Positions 42,755 through 57,185 of a stretch of 64,000 bases of DNA are shown piece by piece (position 1 is the stretch's first letter; each line of letters opens with the position of its first letter). Source of the DNA: Octopus vulgaris (Eukaryota); the NCBI GenBank assembly GCA_951406725.2, contig OX597839.1, positions 1,302,001 to 1,366,000 of the forward strand. Reading direction: 5' to 3'. The translations under genes and the position numbers were made by a program. The notes beneath the pieces were generated by a model, which saw only the letters and a program-made list of their open reading frames with translations, was not told the origin of the DNA and did no database searches.

Positions 42755-43696
42755 TGTTTATACAAATACAAATTCACCTGAAACAAGCATATATATATAT
42801 AAGGGGCGTGCACTCTCAGGTATGCAAGGTATGCGTTGCAAGCCCTGTGATTTTTTATCCATATGATCGGAAAATTAGATAAAATAGTTACTTTGTTTCA
42901 AAGAAAATCCGTCCAGTTGTTTTGGAAATATTTTGTCTCCCCTTCTCCTCTCTCAGTGACTCGTACTTCTGCTTTGAGAAGTTATGCTATGAGAAGACCC
43001 GCATGAGAAGACAGATACTCCCTCTCTGTCTCAGTTTGTCCTTCCTTCCTCTCTCTCTCTCTCTCTCACTCACTTAGTGATTTGTTTAAAAGACATGCTA
43101 AGAGCATAGGGCATTTGAAATATTTTTACCCCCTTCCTCTCTCTCTTAGTGGCTCGTCATGCTTTGAGAAGACCCGCATGACATCCCTCTCTGTCTCTTT
43201 GTTAGTTTGTCCCTCCTTCCTCTCTCTCTCTCTCTTAGTGACTTGATAAAACAGATGCTAGGAGGAAAGGTCGTTCATAATATTTTGTACCCCTGTCCTC
43301 TCTCTCTTTCAGTGGCATGTCATGCTTTGAGATGACCGCATGATACCCACTCTCTGTCTCTTTGCTAGTGTAGAATTGTTGCTAACCTTGTTCCATTTCT
43401 GACCGGAACAAAAGCAGTCCCATAATTCTTAAGCTAGCCAGCTGAAATTTTGGAATAACTTAGCGGTAAGTTTGAATTTTTTAACCAAAACGTCTGTTTG
43501 CACTATTATACTTTTGGAGTGTTCGGAAAACAAAAAATATAATCTATATTATAATTCTTATTTCAGAAGTAGCTAATTAATCTTAAATTAATTTAACTAA
43601 GGTAATTTTTCCGTTTTGTTGAAATTGACTTACAATTTACGCCGGCGCTTCCACGTGTGTTCGTATATAAGAACAACCTTTTACGAAATAAGTGAA

Positions 43697-45340
43697 ATGT
43701 GTGTTATAAACGATATTTTGAGAAATAGTTTTTCGAAAAGAGACTTCGATGGAAAACAATTAATTATAAATGGTGGGAGACCAGCACCGAATTTACCTAA
43801 TCTGCGAAGCTACAAGAAATTCACGAGACAATTCCAGGTTAATTTGTATGAAAAGAAAAAATGGTTAACTGGGAGTGCTATCCTTATTAAATTATTCTGT
43901 TGGCCTTGTTTACTTTTTTGCTTAGAAAAGAATGTTTGGAATGATAAAGGCTATGATGATTTAAATAATTTACATATGGCTATGTTAAAGCACAAACGTT
44001 CTCAAAAGCATATAAAATCTTTGATAGATCTTAAAATATTCGAGAATGTTCGCATAGACTTACAATTAGATGCATGTAAAAATCAAAGCATACAACACCA
44101 TAATGAGAAAGTCAGACGAAACAGATCCATTCTGCAACGATTGATCGATGTTGTTATTTTTTTAGGTTTCCAGGAATTATCGTTTTGAGGTCATTTTGAA
44201 TCTGAAGGCTCTAATAATAGTGGAAATTATAAAGAACTCGTATATGTAATCAGTAAATATGACAAAAAATGGAAAGTCATCTAGATACAGCTTCTATCTT
44301 CACCGGTCTGTCAAACAGAATTCAAAATAACTTGATCGATGCAATTCATAAAGTTATGTTGAATAAGATGCAAAAGTAAATCGAGCAAGCTAAGTTTGTT
44401 TCTATTTTTGTTGATGAGACATCTGTTGCCTCAGCATATTCACAACTGTCAACAGTTTTACGTTATGTTACAGAAGACTGTGTGACGAAAGAACGATTTA
44501 TCGGTTTTAGTGATGTTAGTGCAGATCGATCTGCAAATGCTTTATCTGAACATGTTTTTAAATGCATTGAATTGTGGAAATGTGAAAACAAATTGATTGC
44601 ACAAACCTATAACGGTGCCACTACAATGGCAGGACAATTAAATGGGTTTCAGGCAAAAGTAAGGAAGAAATATGAATGTGCGATCTTTATTCATTGTTGT
44701 GGCCATATTCTAAATTTAGTTCTTTCACAATCATGCTCTGCTATGAAAGAATGCAAGATATTTTTTTGTACAATAAACGGACTGAGTATATTTTTTACGA
44801 AATCACCGAAAACGGCTAGTGCGTTAGATAACATTGTTAAAAAAAAGATTTCCGAAGGCAACAGCAATGGAATTACTCCTCACGGCTTATTATTACCACA
44901 AAGGAAAATTATAATTTCATAATCAGCCTTTTTGAGCACATCATTGAAAATCCTGAAGCATAGGATGATACCACCATAAATTCAGCAATTGGATTCTTAC
45001 ACACTTTAAAAGCTCCTGATTTCTGATTTTTGTTAGAAGTATTCAGTGAGATTTTTTCTTTTACTGACGTCTTATTTAACATCCTCCAGAGTAAAAGTCA
45101 TGACATAGTGCATTGTAAAGAGCAAATAGATAAAACTAGAACTGTACTCGAAAACAAACTTGATAATCGGAATTCAGAGATCCAAGAATTGAGCGCCAAC
45201 GACATTATAAAATGCTTTATAACAAAATTATCAGTACAATAGTTGACCAAATAAAAGCACGATATTCATCCTTAGAAGAGTTTAAATTCATGGAACTTTC
45301 GAATTTCAACAAATTTGATGAGTATTGCAAACAATTTAAA
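43697..45340 (+). pseudogene. hAT transposase pseudogene with several stops and frameshifts and no visible C-terminal dimerisation domain
   Basis: ORF fragments 43616-44188, 44482-44922, 45030-45242, 45212-; TGA at 44186, TAA near 44377. Confidence 0.85.
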
Positions 45341-45421
45341 AATCATGGGTACTATTTAAGAAGAGTGGTCCCGGTGCGCGCACCAGAGCATCCACGCCAG
45401 CTAGTTGTGGCTAGTCGATCC

Positions 45422-45560
45422 TTACTTTGTGTTTTTGTGTTTTATTTACTTTGTTTAAAACATTATTTACTTTGTGTTTTTGTGTTTTATTTACTTTGTT
45501 TAAAACATTATTTACTTTGTGTTTTTGTGTTTTATATATTTTGTTTAAAAAAATTATTTA
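45422..45560 (+). repeat. Three copies of a 45-bp tandem repeat inside the hAT 3' region
   Basis: ttactttgtgtttttgtgttttatttactttgtttaaaacattat. Confidence 0.9.
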
Positions 45561-45761
45561 CTTTGCTTGATAGTCGTAGGATCGACTAGTCACGACTAGC
45601 CAGCGCGACGTTTTTTTTTCTAGGTCATACTGGGGTGATTGCATATTCAGAATCTCCCATATGTAAATCGCAGGAATTCGAAAATTTTTTGCTGAAAAAT
45701 TGCCGGGGGCGGGGGCAAAGAAATTCATTGCATGCCCAACCCCGGAAGTCACCGCACGCCA

Positions 45762-45850
<89 letters not shown>

Positions 45851-46418
45851 TACATACATGTTTATATATATATATATACACAAATATCTCTGTATATATA
45901 TGTATATATGTATGCATGTATTTTCGATTGATTTCTTTCAGTTTCTATCTACAAAATCCACTGACAAGGCTTTCGTTGTTCTGAGGCTATAGCAGAAGAA
46001 GCATTCCAAGTCACCACACAGCGGGACTGAACCCAGGACCATGTATTTTGGAACCAAGTTTGTTAGCACACAGCCACACCTGCACCTATGTATGTGTGTG
46101 TGGGGGGTTTGTGTGTATGGGTGTATATATGTATACGTGTATATATGTGTATATATATGTGTACATATTACATGTACATCTATATATATATATATATGTA
46201 TAATTCAAAATGTGACCGCGTGTGTACCGTTGGCGATTTTTTCCCTCTGTCTTCCCTTTTCTGGATCTTTCCTTCTCCTATGTTTCCGACGAAGAGCTCC
46301 GCTCGAAACGTTAATCCCTCCTTCTTTCCTTCTTTCCTGAGCGTCCAATAATACTATATTTTTTCCACGTCCTCGCGTTGTTGTGTTTTCTCTTTGTGTT
46401 TTCATGTTTGGATTAACG

Positions 46419-46507
<89 letters not shown>

Positions 46508-47397
46508 ACGGGAAGCTTTACGAAAATAAACAAAAGACGAAGGCAGGTGGAGTACAAACAAACAATGTATTAGTATGGCGCTCAGGAATAGAAATAAAAC
46601 AAGTATTTTACGTTTCGAGGCTACGCTCTTCGACAGAAAGATACACAGAAAAGAAACAAGGAGAGAAAAAAAAAATATATATACATTCACACCTACATAC
46701 ATATATATATATATACAGCAATAGAAACGGATAGAATAAGTACTATGCTTACAAAGAATAAGTCCTGGAGTCGATTTGCTCGATTAAAGGCGGTGCTTCA
46801 GCATGGCCACAGTCAAATAACTGAAGCCAATAAAAGAATAAAAGAACAAAGTCCAAATAAAGTGTACTGCACAAAGCAGAGACACAAACACTGAATGTAG
46901 TAGCAATTGACAAAATATGAGGAGGCAGATAAAAGTGAAACTAAATTGTTCCATGAAATATTAAACGTTCTAAAAACATGACCTACGTCAGAAAAATGTT
47001 GATATAATATCAAAAATGGAGTAGGAAGAGTAATCAAGATAATATCAACCAAATAAGGTAATGACAAACATTTGAAAAAGAAGACGGTTATAACAGAAAA
47101 CTCAAATCGAAGTAGCGATAAAAGAAATTATAAATGAGAAAATTTATATAAAATTGGCAAATTACGTATATGTTAACAAGGATATGTTAGCATTACTCAC
47201 AGTGATTTGTGTCAGTACAACAATTTAATGAGGAATGTATCTATACATTTTAACCAGCACTTGTGTGTGTGTGTGTGTGTGTGTGTTTATATATTTGAGT
47301 AATAAAGTTTTCATGATGGATTGTGTCAGATAGAAATGCTTTATAAATATTTTTTGAAAGCCAAAACAGGGATGTTATTTAAAAGTTTTGTCAAGAG

Positions 47398-47470
<73 letters not shown>

Positions 47471-47499
47471 TGTGTGTGTGTGTGTCTGTGCGTGTGTGT

Positions 47500-47544
<45 letters not shown>

Positions 47545-47713
47545 TGTGTCTCTGTGTGTGTGTGTGTTTTGTATATCCAGGTCACGGTTCTCTGCTCAGA
47601 AAATCTCTTGACAAAACTTTTAAATAGCTTCCCTGTTTTGTCTTTCAAAAAATATTTATAAAGCATTTCTATCTGACACAATCCATCATGAAAACTTTAT
47701 TACAAAAATACAT

Positions 47714-47764
<51 letters not shown>

Positions 47765-48465
47765 TGTTGGGTTAAATGTATAGATACATTCCTCATTAAA
47801 TTGCTGTACTGACACAAATCACTGTGAGTAATGCTAACAAATCCTTGTTAACATATACATAATTTGCCAATTTTATATAAATTTTCTCATTTATAATTTC
47901 TTTTATCGCTACTTCAATTTGAGTTTTCTGTTATATCCGTCTTCTTTTTTTAAATGTTTGTCATTATTTTACCTTATTTGGTTGATATTTTCTTGATTAC
48001 TCTTCCTACTCCATTTTTGATATTATATCAACATTGTCACCTCAGTTTTTCTGACGTAGGTCATGTTTTTAGAACGTTTAATATTTCATGGAACAGTTTG
48101 AATTCACAGAAAACAAAAGACGAAGATAAGCGAAGGGATAACAAGTAGGCATATATATACACGTACACTTCTGTGTGTGTGTGTGTGTGTATCCATACAT
48201 ATAAGGACGTATATAGATATACATACACAAATGTATAACATCAACACTTTGTTTCTCTAGTTTAGAATGCGAAAGATGAAGGAGAAGAGGAGGAAGAAGA
48301 AGAAGAAGAAGAAAAAGAAGAAGAAGAAGAAGAAGAAGAAGAAGAAGGAGGAGGAGAAGAAGAAGAAGAAGAAGAAGAAGAAGAAGAAGAAGAAGAAGAA
48401 GAAGAAGAAGAAGAAGAAGAAGAAGAAGAAGAAGAAGAAGAAGAAGAAGAAGAAGATATACTCAC

Positions 48466-48790
48466 ATAAACATTACCTTAGTGGTAGAGGCTGGGAAATG
48501 TCCTACGGTGACCGGAAACTTAGCTTTTTGTCAAGGCGGAACTATTGGTCAGTGGATGTCTCTTCTGGATGTCTCCTCTGAACGTTGCACCAGAATGTCA
48601 TGTGTCCTCTCTTCGCCGATCAACTTATATGTAATTCCTAGTAATGAGGAAAGGGTGTAGGAGTAGGAGAAAGAGGTGGAAAGTAAAGAAAGCTGTTTGT
48701 TTATTGTTGTTGTTGTTCACGTTTTGTTGATGTTGTTGTTGTCTGACATTGCTTTGACATGGAGACACGCCTATCAGTGATGGTGTGGTG
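48466..48790 (-). other. Putative non-coding first exon/promoter of the MIB2-like gene (segment A, copy 1)
   Basis: Ends in donor gtgagtat followed by (CTT)n; homologous to 59076-59435. Confidence 0.5.
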
Positions 48791-49299
48791 GTGGCTCCGA
48801 TGCTGTCGGCGGTGGTGGTGGTGGTGGTCGTCGTCGTGGTAGGACTGTAGTTGTTGTGTGTGCGTGTGTGTTCTGGTATATGCATGAGTTTGTGTGAGTG
48901 TGTGTGTGTGTGTGAGTGTGCGTATGTGCACATGTGAGTTTGTGTGAGTGTGTGTGTGTGCGCGTTTCAGTTTGTGTGAGTGTGTGTGTGCGTTCGTGAG
49001 TGTGCGTGTGTGAGTTTATATGTGTGTGTGAGTGCGTGTGTGTGTGTGTGTGAGTGTGCATGTGTGCGCGTGTGAGTTTGTGTGAGTGTGTGTGAGTGTG
49101 TGTGTGCGCGCGTGAGTGTGCGTGTGTTTGTTTATATGTGTGTGCATGTGTAAGTTTGTGTGTGTGTTTTCATTTTAAGGTTATCTCCCGACATTTAGCA
49201 AAAAGAAAACTAGAAGAAATTTCATAAAGACTACTTTCTTTTAAGCTCTTTGTTTATTTCTCCTTTATACATACAAACATACACTCATTAATTAATCAA

Positions 49300-49914
49300 T
49301 TAATTAAATAATCATAATTAATGCTGAATCCCTTTCCTGAGATGTTTTGTTGTTTTCCTTTCAGTTTCGTTATTCCCAAGGGAAATGTTGCTGCTTTTGG
49401 CTTTGTGTATCGTCCGGCAAACAGTTTTTGTAGAAACTGGGTTCTCGGGGTGATCGTTAAGCTCTGGAGTAATTTTGGGAGTTGTACTTTTGTTATCATT
49501 TCTAAGAATTCTCGTAAGAGTCTGACGGTCCCTATCTGAAAGTTTTGATTTATTTACGGAGTTTTGTTACGACGAGGAGGTTTTTTCCGTCTTTCTCAAA
49601 GGCTGTCATTACTTTCGAGACAGTACTTCTCGATACACAAAACATTTAGGCTATTTTCATTAAGCTAGCGCCTGCCATATGACCACCAACAATTTGACCT
49701 CATTTAAAGTCCGATATATCTGTCATTTTGATGAATTTTAATTACCTTTTTCTTAAGATATCTGAAAAAAAAAACGATCTCAGCAAAACATATTAAGCAA
49801 TACTAACAATAAATCAAAGAACATAAAAATAAACAAGCTTTTGACGGTTTTATAGGTATTTCAAAATTATGATGCTATGATGCTAGGTGTTTCCATTATT
49901 TTGTCCAGCCCCTG
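49300..49914 (-). mobile_element. Tc1-like element, 5' fragment
   Basis: TA-CAGGGGCTGGACAAAATAATGGAAACACC TIR; decayed N-terminus MTDISDFK*GQIVG. Confidence 0.75.
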
Positions 49915-50289
49915 TATATGCACATACAAGGCAGGGCGTTGCCTCACGCTATAGGTGCAGTGACGGTCTTTATGTAAGAATGTACGCTCAGATTTAGATG
50001 AGGTCATTTAACACACATGTAAGTTTACTTGGTATAATTTTCATGCTTAAGTATTATACATAATAGGCTTCATTTATCTAGTTATTCACATTTGAAAGAC
50101 TGCTCTGGTTGATTTTGTTGTTGTTTCTTTTTGTGATGGTAGTTGTAACAAGTAGTAAATCATATCACTTGTTATATGATATACTCGTTTACAAGTGAAT
50201 GCTTAAATAAGAAACAGACTACAATACATTAAAAATACGGCTCCAGTCCCCAAGTATAAACACTACTCTCACCACACTAGCAGAGAAGC

Positions 50290-50760
50290 ACAGTCATCAC
50301 CACGTATTCACCTAGAGCAGTGTTAATCATGTCTATGTGCCTGATGTCCGACACTATGATGGTGACGTCGTCCACATATATTGACACGGTTCTCCAGGCC
50401 GTTTTTCGCGCATGGTACCCGCCCCAACAAAACAAACGCCCCCATTTTCTGCAGTAGTGACTCCAGAATCAGTACACACAGAAGAAATGAGACAGAACGA
50501 TCTGGACGGACCGAACGCATGATACTGAATGGTTCCGAGAATGTTATCGCTCTTGCTCGCCACTAAACCTCGATAGAACGTCAAAGTGGAACTTCCACCG
50601 AATGCGCTGCCTGACTGGAAGAGGGCGTTTAGCGCTTGTCCGGATTTTAGGTGCCAGGCGCGCCGCTTCCGTCTATGCTTGATCCCAGGACTGCAGCTCA
50701 TTCTGAAAGACCAGCTGCAGATAAGCAGCTCTGACAAACAGCATCCACGAGGCTCCGGCA
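50290..50760 (-). mobile_element. Tx1/L1-type RT fragment, partly duplicated at 51160-51273
   Basis: RSVRPDRSVSFLLCVLILESLLQK (degenerate RQGCPLSPLLY..LEPLL) and YVDDVTIIVS. Confidence 0.75.
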
Positions 50761-52762
50761 GGAAGTGGTGGCGACCCCTGTTGTACTCTTTCGCTCCAAC
50801 TTTCTCTCACTCTTTCTTCCTGTTTCTTGTCCCCGACTTCCTATGCAACCACCGCTGAGCCTGGATGTGCATTCATCCATCCGTCGATGCTCTTGGTGTC
50901 GGGGGTTGTCCTGCTTTCTCTTCTACGGGTCTTACGAATAGCAAAGGACCACGTTTCGGACTTCTCCTGAGGCGCGATCTTGCGAGCTCCGGGACGAAGA
51001 CCACTTCGCTTAACAAACAAACAAACAAACAAACAGCAACCTCAACTGTTCACTGTCGAGAAAACACTGGATATATCTCAGGCTAAGCACATGTCTGCAC
51101 TTCATCAGCCACAGCATATCTAATCCTCCACTAAAGAAATTGACCGTCTTACATGTAAGTTCATACAGAAGAAATGAGACAGAACAATCTTGACGGACCG
51201 AATGCATGATACTGAATGGTTTCGAGAATGTTATCGCTCTTGCTCGCCACTAAACCTCGATAGAACGTCAAAGTATGTAATTACATGCCTGGCGTCAATA
51301 TCTTTCTTTTGATTGATCATGGCTATCATGCTCCAGGCAAGGAATAGAATATAGCGAAAGTAGTCAAGCGAATTCGTATGGCATTTCTGTTTTTTTTTTA
51401 TCATTTCATAAAAAAATAGATTATCCTCATGTAGGTCAAGTCTTATACTGGCATTGTAATATGATAGCTACATACATAAATCAATACATACATACATACG
51501 TACCTACCTCCATACATACATACAGACAGACAAACATATGACACTGACGTATGACACAGAGTATGACACAGACGTGGTTGTGTAGTAAGAAGCTTGTTTC
51601 CAAACCACCACATGATTCTGGGTTCAGTTTCCTGACCACATGGGGAAAGTTTAGCGGCATTTTACACGTCTTCACGTTCTGAGTTCAAATTCCGCCGAGG
51701 TCGACTTCGCCTTCCATCTTTCGGAATCGATAAGATAAGTACCAATGAAATACTGAGAATGAAGTGATCGACATATGCCCTTCCTCTATCTCTATATGTA
51801 TGTATTTCTCTCCTCTCTCTCTCTCTCTCTATAGATAGACAGAGAGAGACAGATAGAGACAGAGAGAGAGGGGGGGAGGGAAATACATACATATAGAGAT
51901 AGATAGGCAGACAAACAAATAGATAAGACTAATAGGCAGAGAGAGAGAGAGAGAAATATCTATACCCAGATAAATAGAGATAAAGACATGTTTATGAATT
52001 TATACACTAACACGCACACGCACGCACACACACACACACACACAAACTCACTCACACTCACACACACATATAGTCAGATAAACAGAGAGATAGATAGGCA
52101 GATATGTTGACATACATGTATATTCGTTTACACATATATATTCAACATTCATGTATTGCTTTTGTCACTGAACGGAAAGCATATTGCCAAAGTTTTCGTA
52201 AATACATTTTGACCCACAATGTTTGGTAATAAATTAGACCATTGTAAAAGATTCCTGGTCCAAAAAGAGTGAGGGACACGTTAAAATATCTCATGTCAAA
52301 TAAATCAGCATCGAATAAGTGGCGCCAAACAGGCGGCGCCAATACAGCTGAGTCAAACTGTGTTATACACGACAACATAAATGCGTGTCTATTATGTAGT
52401 TTTGAAGCACAATCAGTGTGCCCGTCTTGGTAAAAAAAAATAAAAAGGCTTGGCTATTTGAATGAATCCAAAATACTGCCAACAGTTGTCAATATATTTT
52501 GTTTGTCTTGACTGCATTTTGGTTTCACAAAAAGTACAACATCGCAAACATATATGCACTCGTCAGACAATGCAGGTAACCTCAAAACATAGCAGTTGTC
52601 TTGACTTAAACAAAAGAGCCTTGCTACTTTGGTAGTGACCCCCGTCTAAAGTCTATTAAGGAAAGAAAGTACTGAAATCTAAAAAGAACGACACACACAC
52701 ACATATATATATATACACACACACACACACATACACATATATATATATATATGTATATATAT

Positions 52763-52882
<120 letters not shown>

Positions 52883-53528
52883 CCAAATTTTTGGCTGCTA
52901 TTTCTGAAAAGTTCGGTGTGTGGTAAAGTGAATTTTTTTACTTTACCATATTTTTATAAATTAATACTTCAAATATACCGTAAATGGTCTTTTTACATAC
53001 CGAATACTGCTTGGTCGAATTGATTAACAATTAATTAATTCTACCCCTTTTTTACTGACAATATAATGCTTTCTCTCCAAGAATTTGAACTACAGTTTTT
53101 GCCTCTGTAGGAATGCACTACTCTATGACTCATGTGGGTGGACAGGGAGAATAATAGACCTCATTTATATTTTTGGATTCGCTAATACTGGTTGTCTGGC
53201 ATGGTTTGTCCGATGTTGCAGATATCGGACGGGTATGTTTGATTATTAGTATTTTCAGATCTAAATCAGAAGAAATCTCTGAGCTGATGAAGGAAAAGTG
53301 GCGTTTAACCCACGAATCCAGAAACAGGCTGTCCTCGGGTATCTTATATGGATGTGATCTTTCATTGTTTTTCCCTTATACCTATGTGAGTTATTTTCTG
53401 AGTATGCATTGTCTGGAGACTTTTATTTGCAGTTGAAGAAATAGCAAAATTTTTGGCTGCTATTTCTGAAAAGTTCGGTGTGTGGTAAAGTGAATTTTTT
53501 TACTTTACCATATTTTTATAAATTAATA

Positions 53529-53590
<62 letters not shown>

Positions 53591-55699
53591 TGTATGTATG
53601 TATGTATGTATGTATGTATGTATGTATGTATGTCACTTCTATTTTTTAATTATTATAAATCTTCTCCTGAGGAGGGAGCTGGTTTCCAACAAAGATACAA
53701 AGCACCATCTTTGGAATGTAGTTAACACGAGACAAATTCACATCTGGAACTTGAGAAAGTCTTGCATATAATTTACTGTTCCACTCTATGTATGTATATA
53801 TGTATGTATATTAATACGCACACGAATACACACACATATATACATGCACATTCATTTATAATATTTTCAAAGTGATATTACTTTTTTAATAATGTGAGTA
53901 AATGAAAAAATATAAACTGGACACAGTCCCGAACTTCTTCAATCATTATATTATAGATAGATATTTATTGTATTAAAGTACAATAATTCAAAACACAAAG
54001 AACGCAAGAACTTATAGTGTAAAAATATTTATTGATGTTGTAACAATCAGTGTTATAATTTACCACATTGGGTAATCTGTCCTGTCACCTACTTGAAATA
54101 GGACAAAAGAGAAGGCACAATGTGAACGAAGGGCAAGAGATACATGAAGTTGGAATTTTTTCATACAGTTATCGTGATTTCAGTAGAGATTCGAAAAGGA
54201 AGAGAGAGGAGAAATTACATCTGTGGTTTGAAGGCTGGAATGATAGCGAGGAAATTTATCCATTAGATGAGCTGCCTATTTTCAAGCATGTCTAAGTTGT
54301 TAACCTGTGTAGCATCAGCATTGGCCTGGTAGTTCACTGTGGCCTTTGCATGAGAGTTGCTGTGAGTTAGCAATTTGTTGTGAGTTAGCAGAGATTTGTC
54401 GTGAGTTAGCATATTTTCTGAACTTGAAGTGGATGAACATTCTTAGTGATGCGGTGTTCTTTATATTAAACAGTGCATGTTTGTCAGCCCAAGTCTGTGA
54501 GAGATAGTTAGGTCTAGTGTATGTGACGTTTATGTTTGTGGATAGTGAATATGTCCTTGTGTTGTAGAAGGGGTACTTATGTGTTGGTCAGAGATTGATG
54601 TGAGAGGTGAAATAAACTGATGCAGGGAGTTGAACATAGCGAAAGGTTCGGTCTCTGTGTCTGCATTGTCAGTAAATAATAAGGGAGGGATCTAAGAAGA
54701 ATTATGAAGTTACCGAGGACGATTACAAATAAGAGGTAATTTTTAAAAAATGTGCGAGAAATACAGAGAGAAAGAGGGAGATAGAGAGAGGGGGTGATAT
54801 GTCTTCTTGACATATTTCAGACACAAGGAAGAAGACACACACACAGACAGGCAGACAGACTGGGAAACAGACAGTCAGGGAGTAAAAAGTGGAGAAATTT
54901 TTTCTATGTTGGAATAGAAATGACGGAAGAGTCATCATTGCTGTGATTTTTTTCAATTATGTTTTTTTTTCCAAATAACCAAGCGAAGAATGAACGTTCT
55001 AAAACAAAAGAAAAAAATATTAAATATAAGGAAAAGAAAAAAAAATAAACACAAAATACAGGAAAACTTTTCATTATAACTGTCCGGTTGAAGTCGGCTG
55101 TCTCTTATGTCTTAGATTGTGTTTGCATGTTATCGTACTTAGCATGAAAGGAGGCGAGCTGGCAGAAACGTTAGCACGCCCGGCGAAATGCTTGGCAGTA
55201 TTTCGCCTGTCTTTACATTCTGAGTTCAAATTCTGCCGAGGTCGACTTTACCTGCCATCCTTCCGGGGTCTATTAAATAAGCACCAGTTACGCACTGGGG
55301 TCGATATAATCGACTTAATCCGTTTGTCTGTCCTTGTTTGTCCCCTCTGTGTTAAGCCCCTTGTGGGTAGTAAACAAATAGGTATTTCGTCTGTCGCTAC
55401 GTTCTGAGTTCAAATTCCGCCAAGCTCGACTTTGCCTTTCATACTTTCGGGGTCGATAAATTAAGTAACACTTGCGTACTGGGGTCTATCAAATCGACAG
55501 GACCCCACCCCAAAAATTTCGGGCCTTGTGTCTAGAGTAGAAAAGAATATTGTACTTAACAGGAAAAATTATCTGTGTTAGTTGGTCGTCAGTGTAAACT
55601 CGTTAAAATATGTCTGTGTGAGTTTGTCAGAGAAATTTATCAAAAGTAAAGACATCCAGAATATTCTTGTAATTTAAGAAATAATAACGCACCTGGATG

Positions 55700-55825
55700 T
55701 TAATTCCTAACGTACGTTGCTACAGAAGAAACAGGAAGGATAACATTTCCTATTTTGTATCCAAAATTCACAACTATACAACCAGATGATGTTTCTTCCA
55801 TTATTTCACCTAGGAGACCAGGAAG
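55700..55825 (-). CDS. Diverged REP second-half exon of the upstream module: LPGLLGEIMEETSSGCIVVNFGYKIGNVILPVSSVATY(VRN*)
   Basis: Pyrimidine tract plus cccag acceptor. The phase-0 donor gttagg gives 114 nt (55712-55825), the same as 41219-41332. Read-through reaches TAA at 55700, followed by a second donor cag/gtgcgt. Confidence 0.7.
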   Translation of the reverse strand, partial: LPGLLGEIMEETSSGCIVVNFGYKIGNVILPVSSVATYVRN

Positions 55826-55873
55826 CTGGGTAAAGAGAAAATAAAAACAATTAGTCATATCTGTGTGCATATG

Positions 55874-55919
<46 letters not shown>

Positions 55920-56504
55920 TTTGAATTTGTGCTTGCTTCTACCTCTTGCATACTGATGTTTGTTTGCTTATGTCCCCGTAATATAGTGGTAACAGAGAGT
56001 TCAATAGAATAATTCCAAAACTGAGGAAGGGCAATCTGCTTGACTAAACAATTCACGGCGGTGCCTCAGCATCGTCACAGACCACGACTGAAACAAGTAT
56101 AAGAGGAAAAAGGCAGATCTAAAACTGAGACCCATTGTAGCAGGCCCGTTTAATGAAACATGCTACTGAAGTAATTTCAAAGGAATTCAACTAAAGTCTT
56201 TGCCCAAACACATACAGAGTTACGTACGAGATAATTTTCTTATATTCAACCATCTACCTATTACAGTAAACGAAAATACCTATCTTATTACATTTGATGC
56301 TGTGAGCTTATATAGCAATATTCCTCTCATCCCCACGGTTAGGCAAAGAGACAGATAGAATAAGTATCTGGCATTGATAAAAAAAAACAAAAGACAAAAG
56401 GACTCACCTTGATTCATTCAACTAAAAATTCTTTAAAGTGGAGCCCCAGCGTAGCCGCAGTCTAGTGACTGAAACAAGTTAAAGAATAAAAGAATAATTT
56501 GCGC

Positions 56505-56597
<93 letters not shown>

Positions 56598-56677
56598 TTT
56601 GTGTGCAAAAGATCACCTTGCGAATATATGCACAATTATATTTACTCTAAATATTTTTACTCTAAGATTAACTCTGA

Positions 56678-57020
56678 AGGCGCATGGCTCAGTGGTTAGA
56701 GCGTCGAGCTTACGATCGTGAAGTTGTGAGCTCGAATCCCGGACCGGGCTGCGTGTTGTGTTCTTGAGCAAGGCACTTTATTTCACGTTGCTCCAGTTCA
56801 CTCAGCTGTAGAAATGAGTTGCGACATCACTGGTGCCAAGCTGTATCGGCCCCTTTGCCCTTCCCTTGGATAACATCAGTGGTGGGGAGAGGGAAGGCTG
56901 GTATGCATGGGCGACTGCTGGACTTCCATAAACAACCTTGCCCGGACTTGTGTCTTGGAGGGTAACTTTCTAGGTGCAATCCCATGGTCATTCATGACCG
57001 AAGGGGGTCTTTACCCTTTA
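56678..57020 (+). mobile_element. tRNA-derived SINE (CORE-type body); truncated copy at 38100-38370
   Basis: A box tggctcagtggttaga, B box gctcgaatccc, ttgagcaaggcactt core. Confidence 0.8.
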
Positions 57021-57103
57021 AGATTAACTCTAAGATTAACGTAATAGTGTGTATAATGATGGGTATACTCAGGTATAGAAAATCAGTAATTAGATCTATT
57101 AGT

Positions 57104-57156
<53 letters not shown>

Positions 57157-57185
57157 CACTACGGCAAAATGTTATCACTACTTAC

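Larger units (their letters stand above)
42802..45764 (+). mobile_element. Decayed hAT DNA transposon (ZMYM1/DUF4371-type transposase)
   Basis: Imperfect TIRs AGGGGCGTGCA / AGTGGCGTGCG in a (TA)n context. Transposase motifs WLTGS..LFCWPC (TTF zinc finger), NYKEL, IQNNLI, VDETS, QTYNGA, IHCCGHILNLVL. Confidence 0.85.

Noticed and set aside
43616-44922. Domesticated ZMYM1-like host gene
   Set aside because: Multiple stops and frameshifts, and TIRs are retained: a dead transposon
45422-45560. CRISPR-like repeat array
   Set aside because: Contiguous tandem repeats without spacers, in eukaryotic DNA
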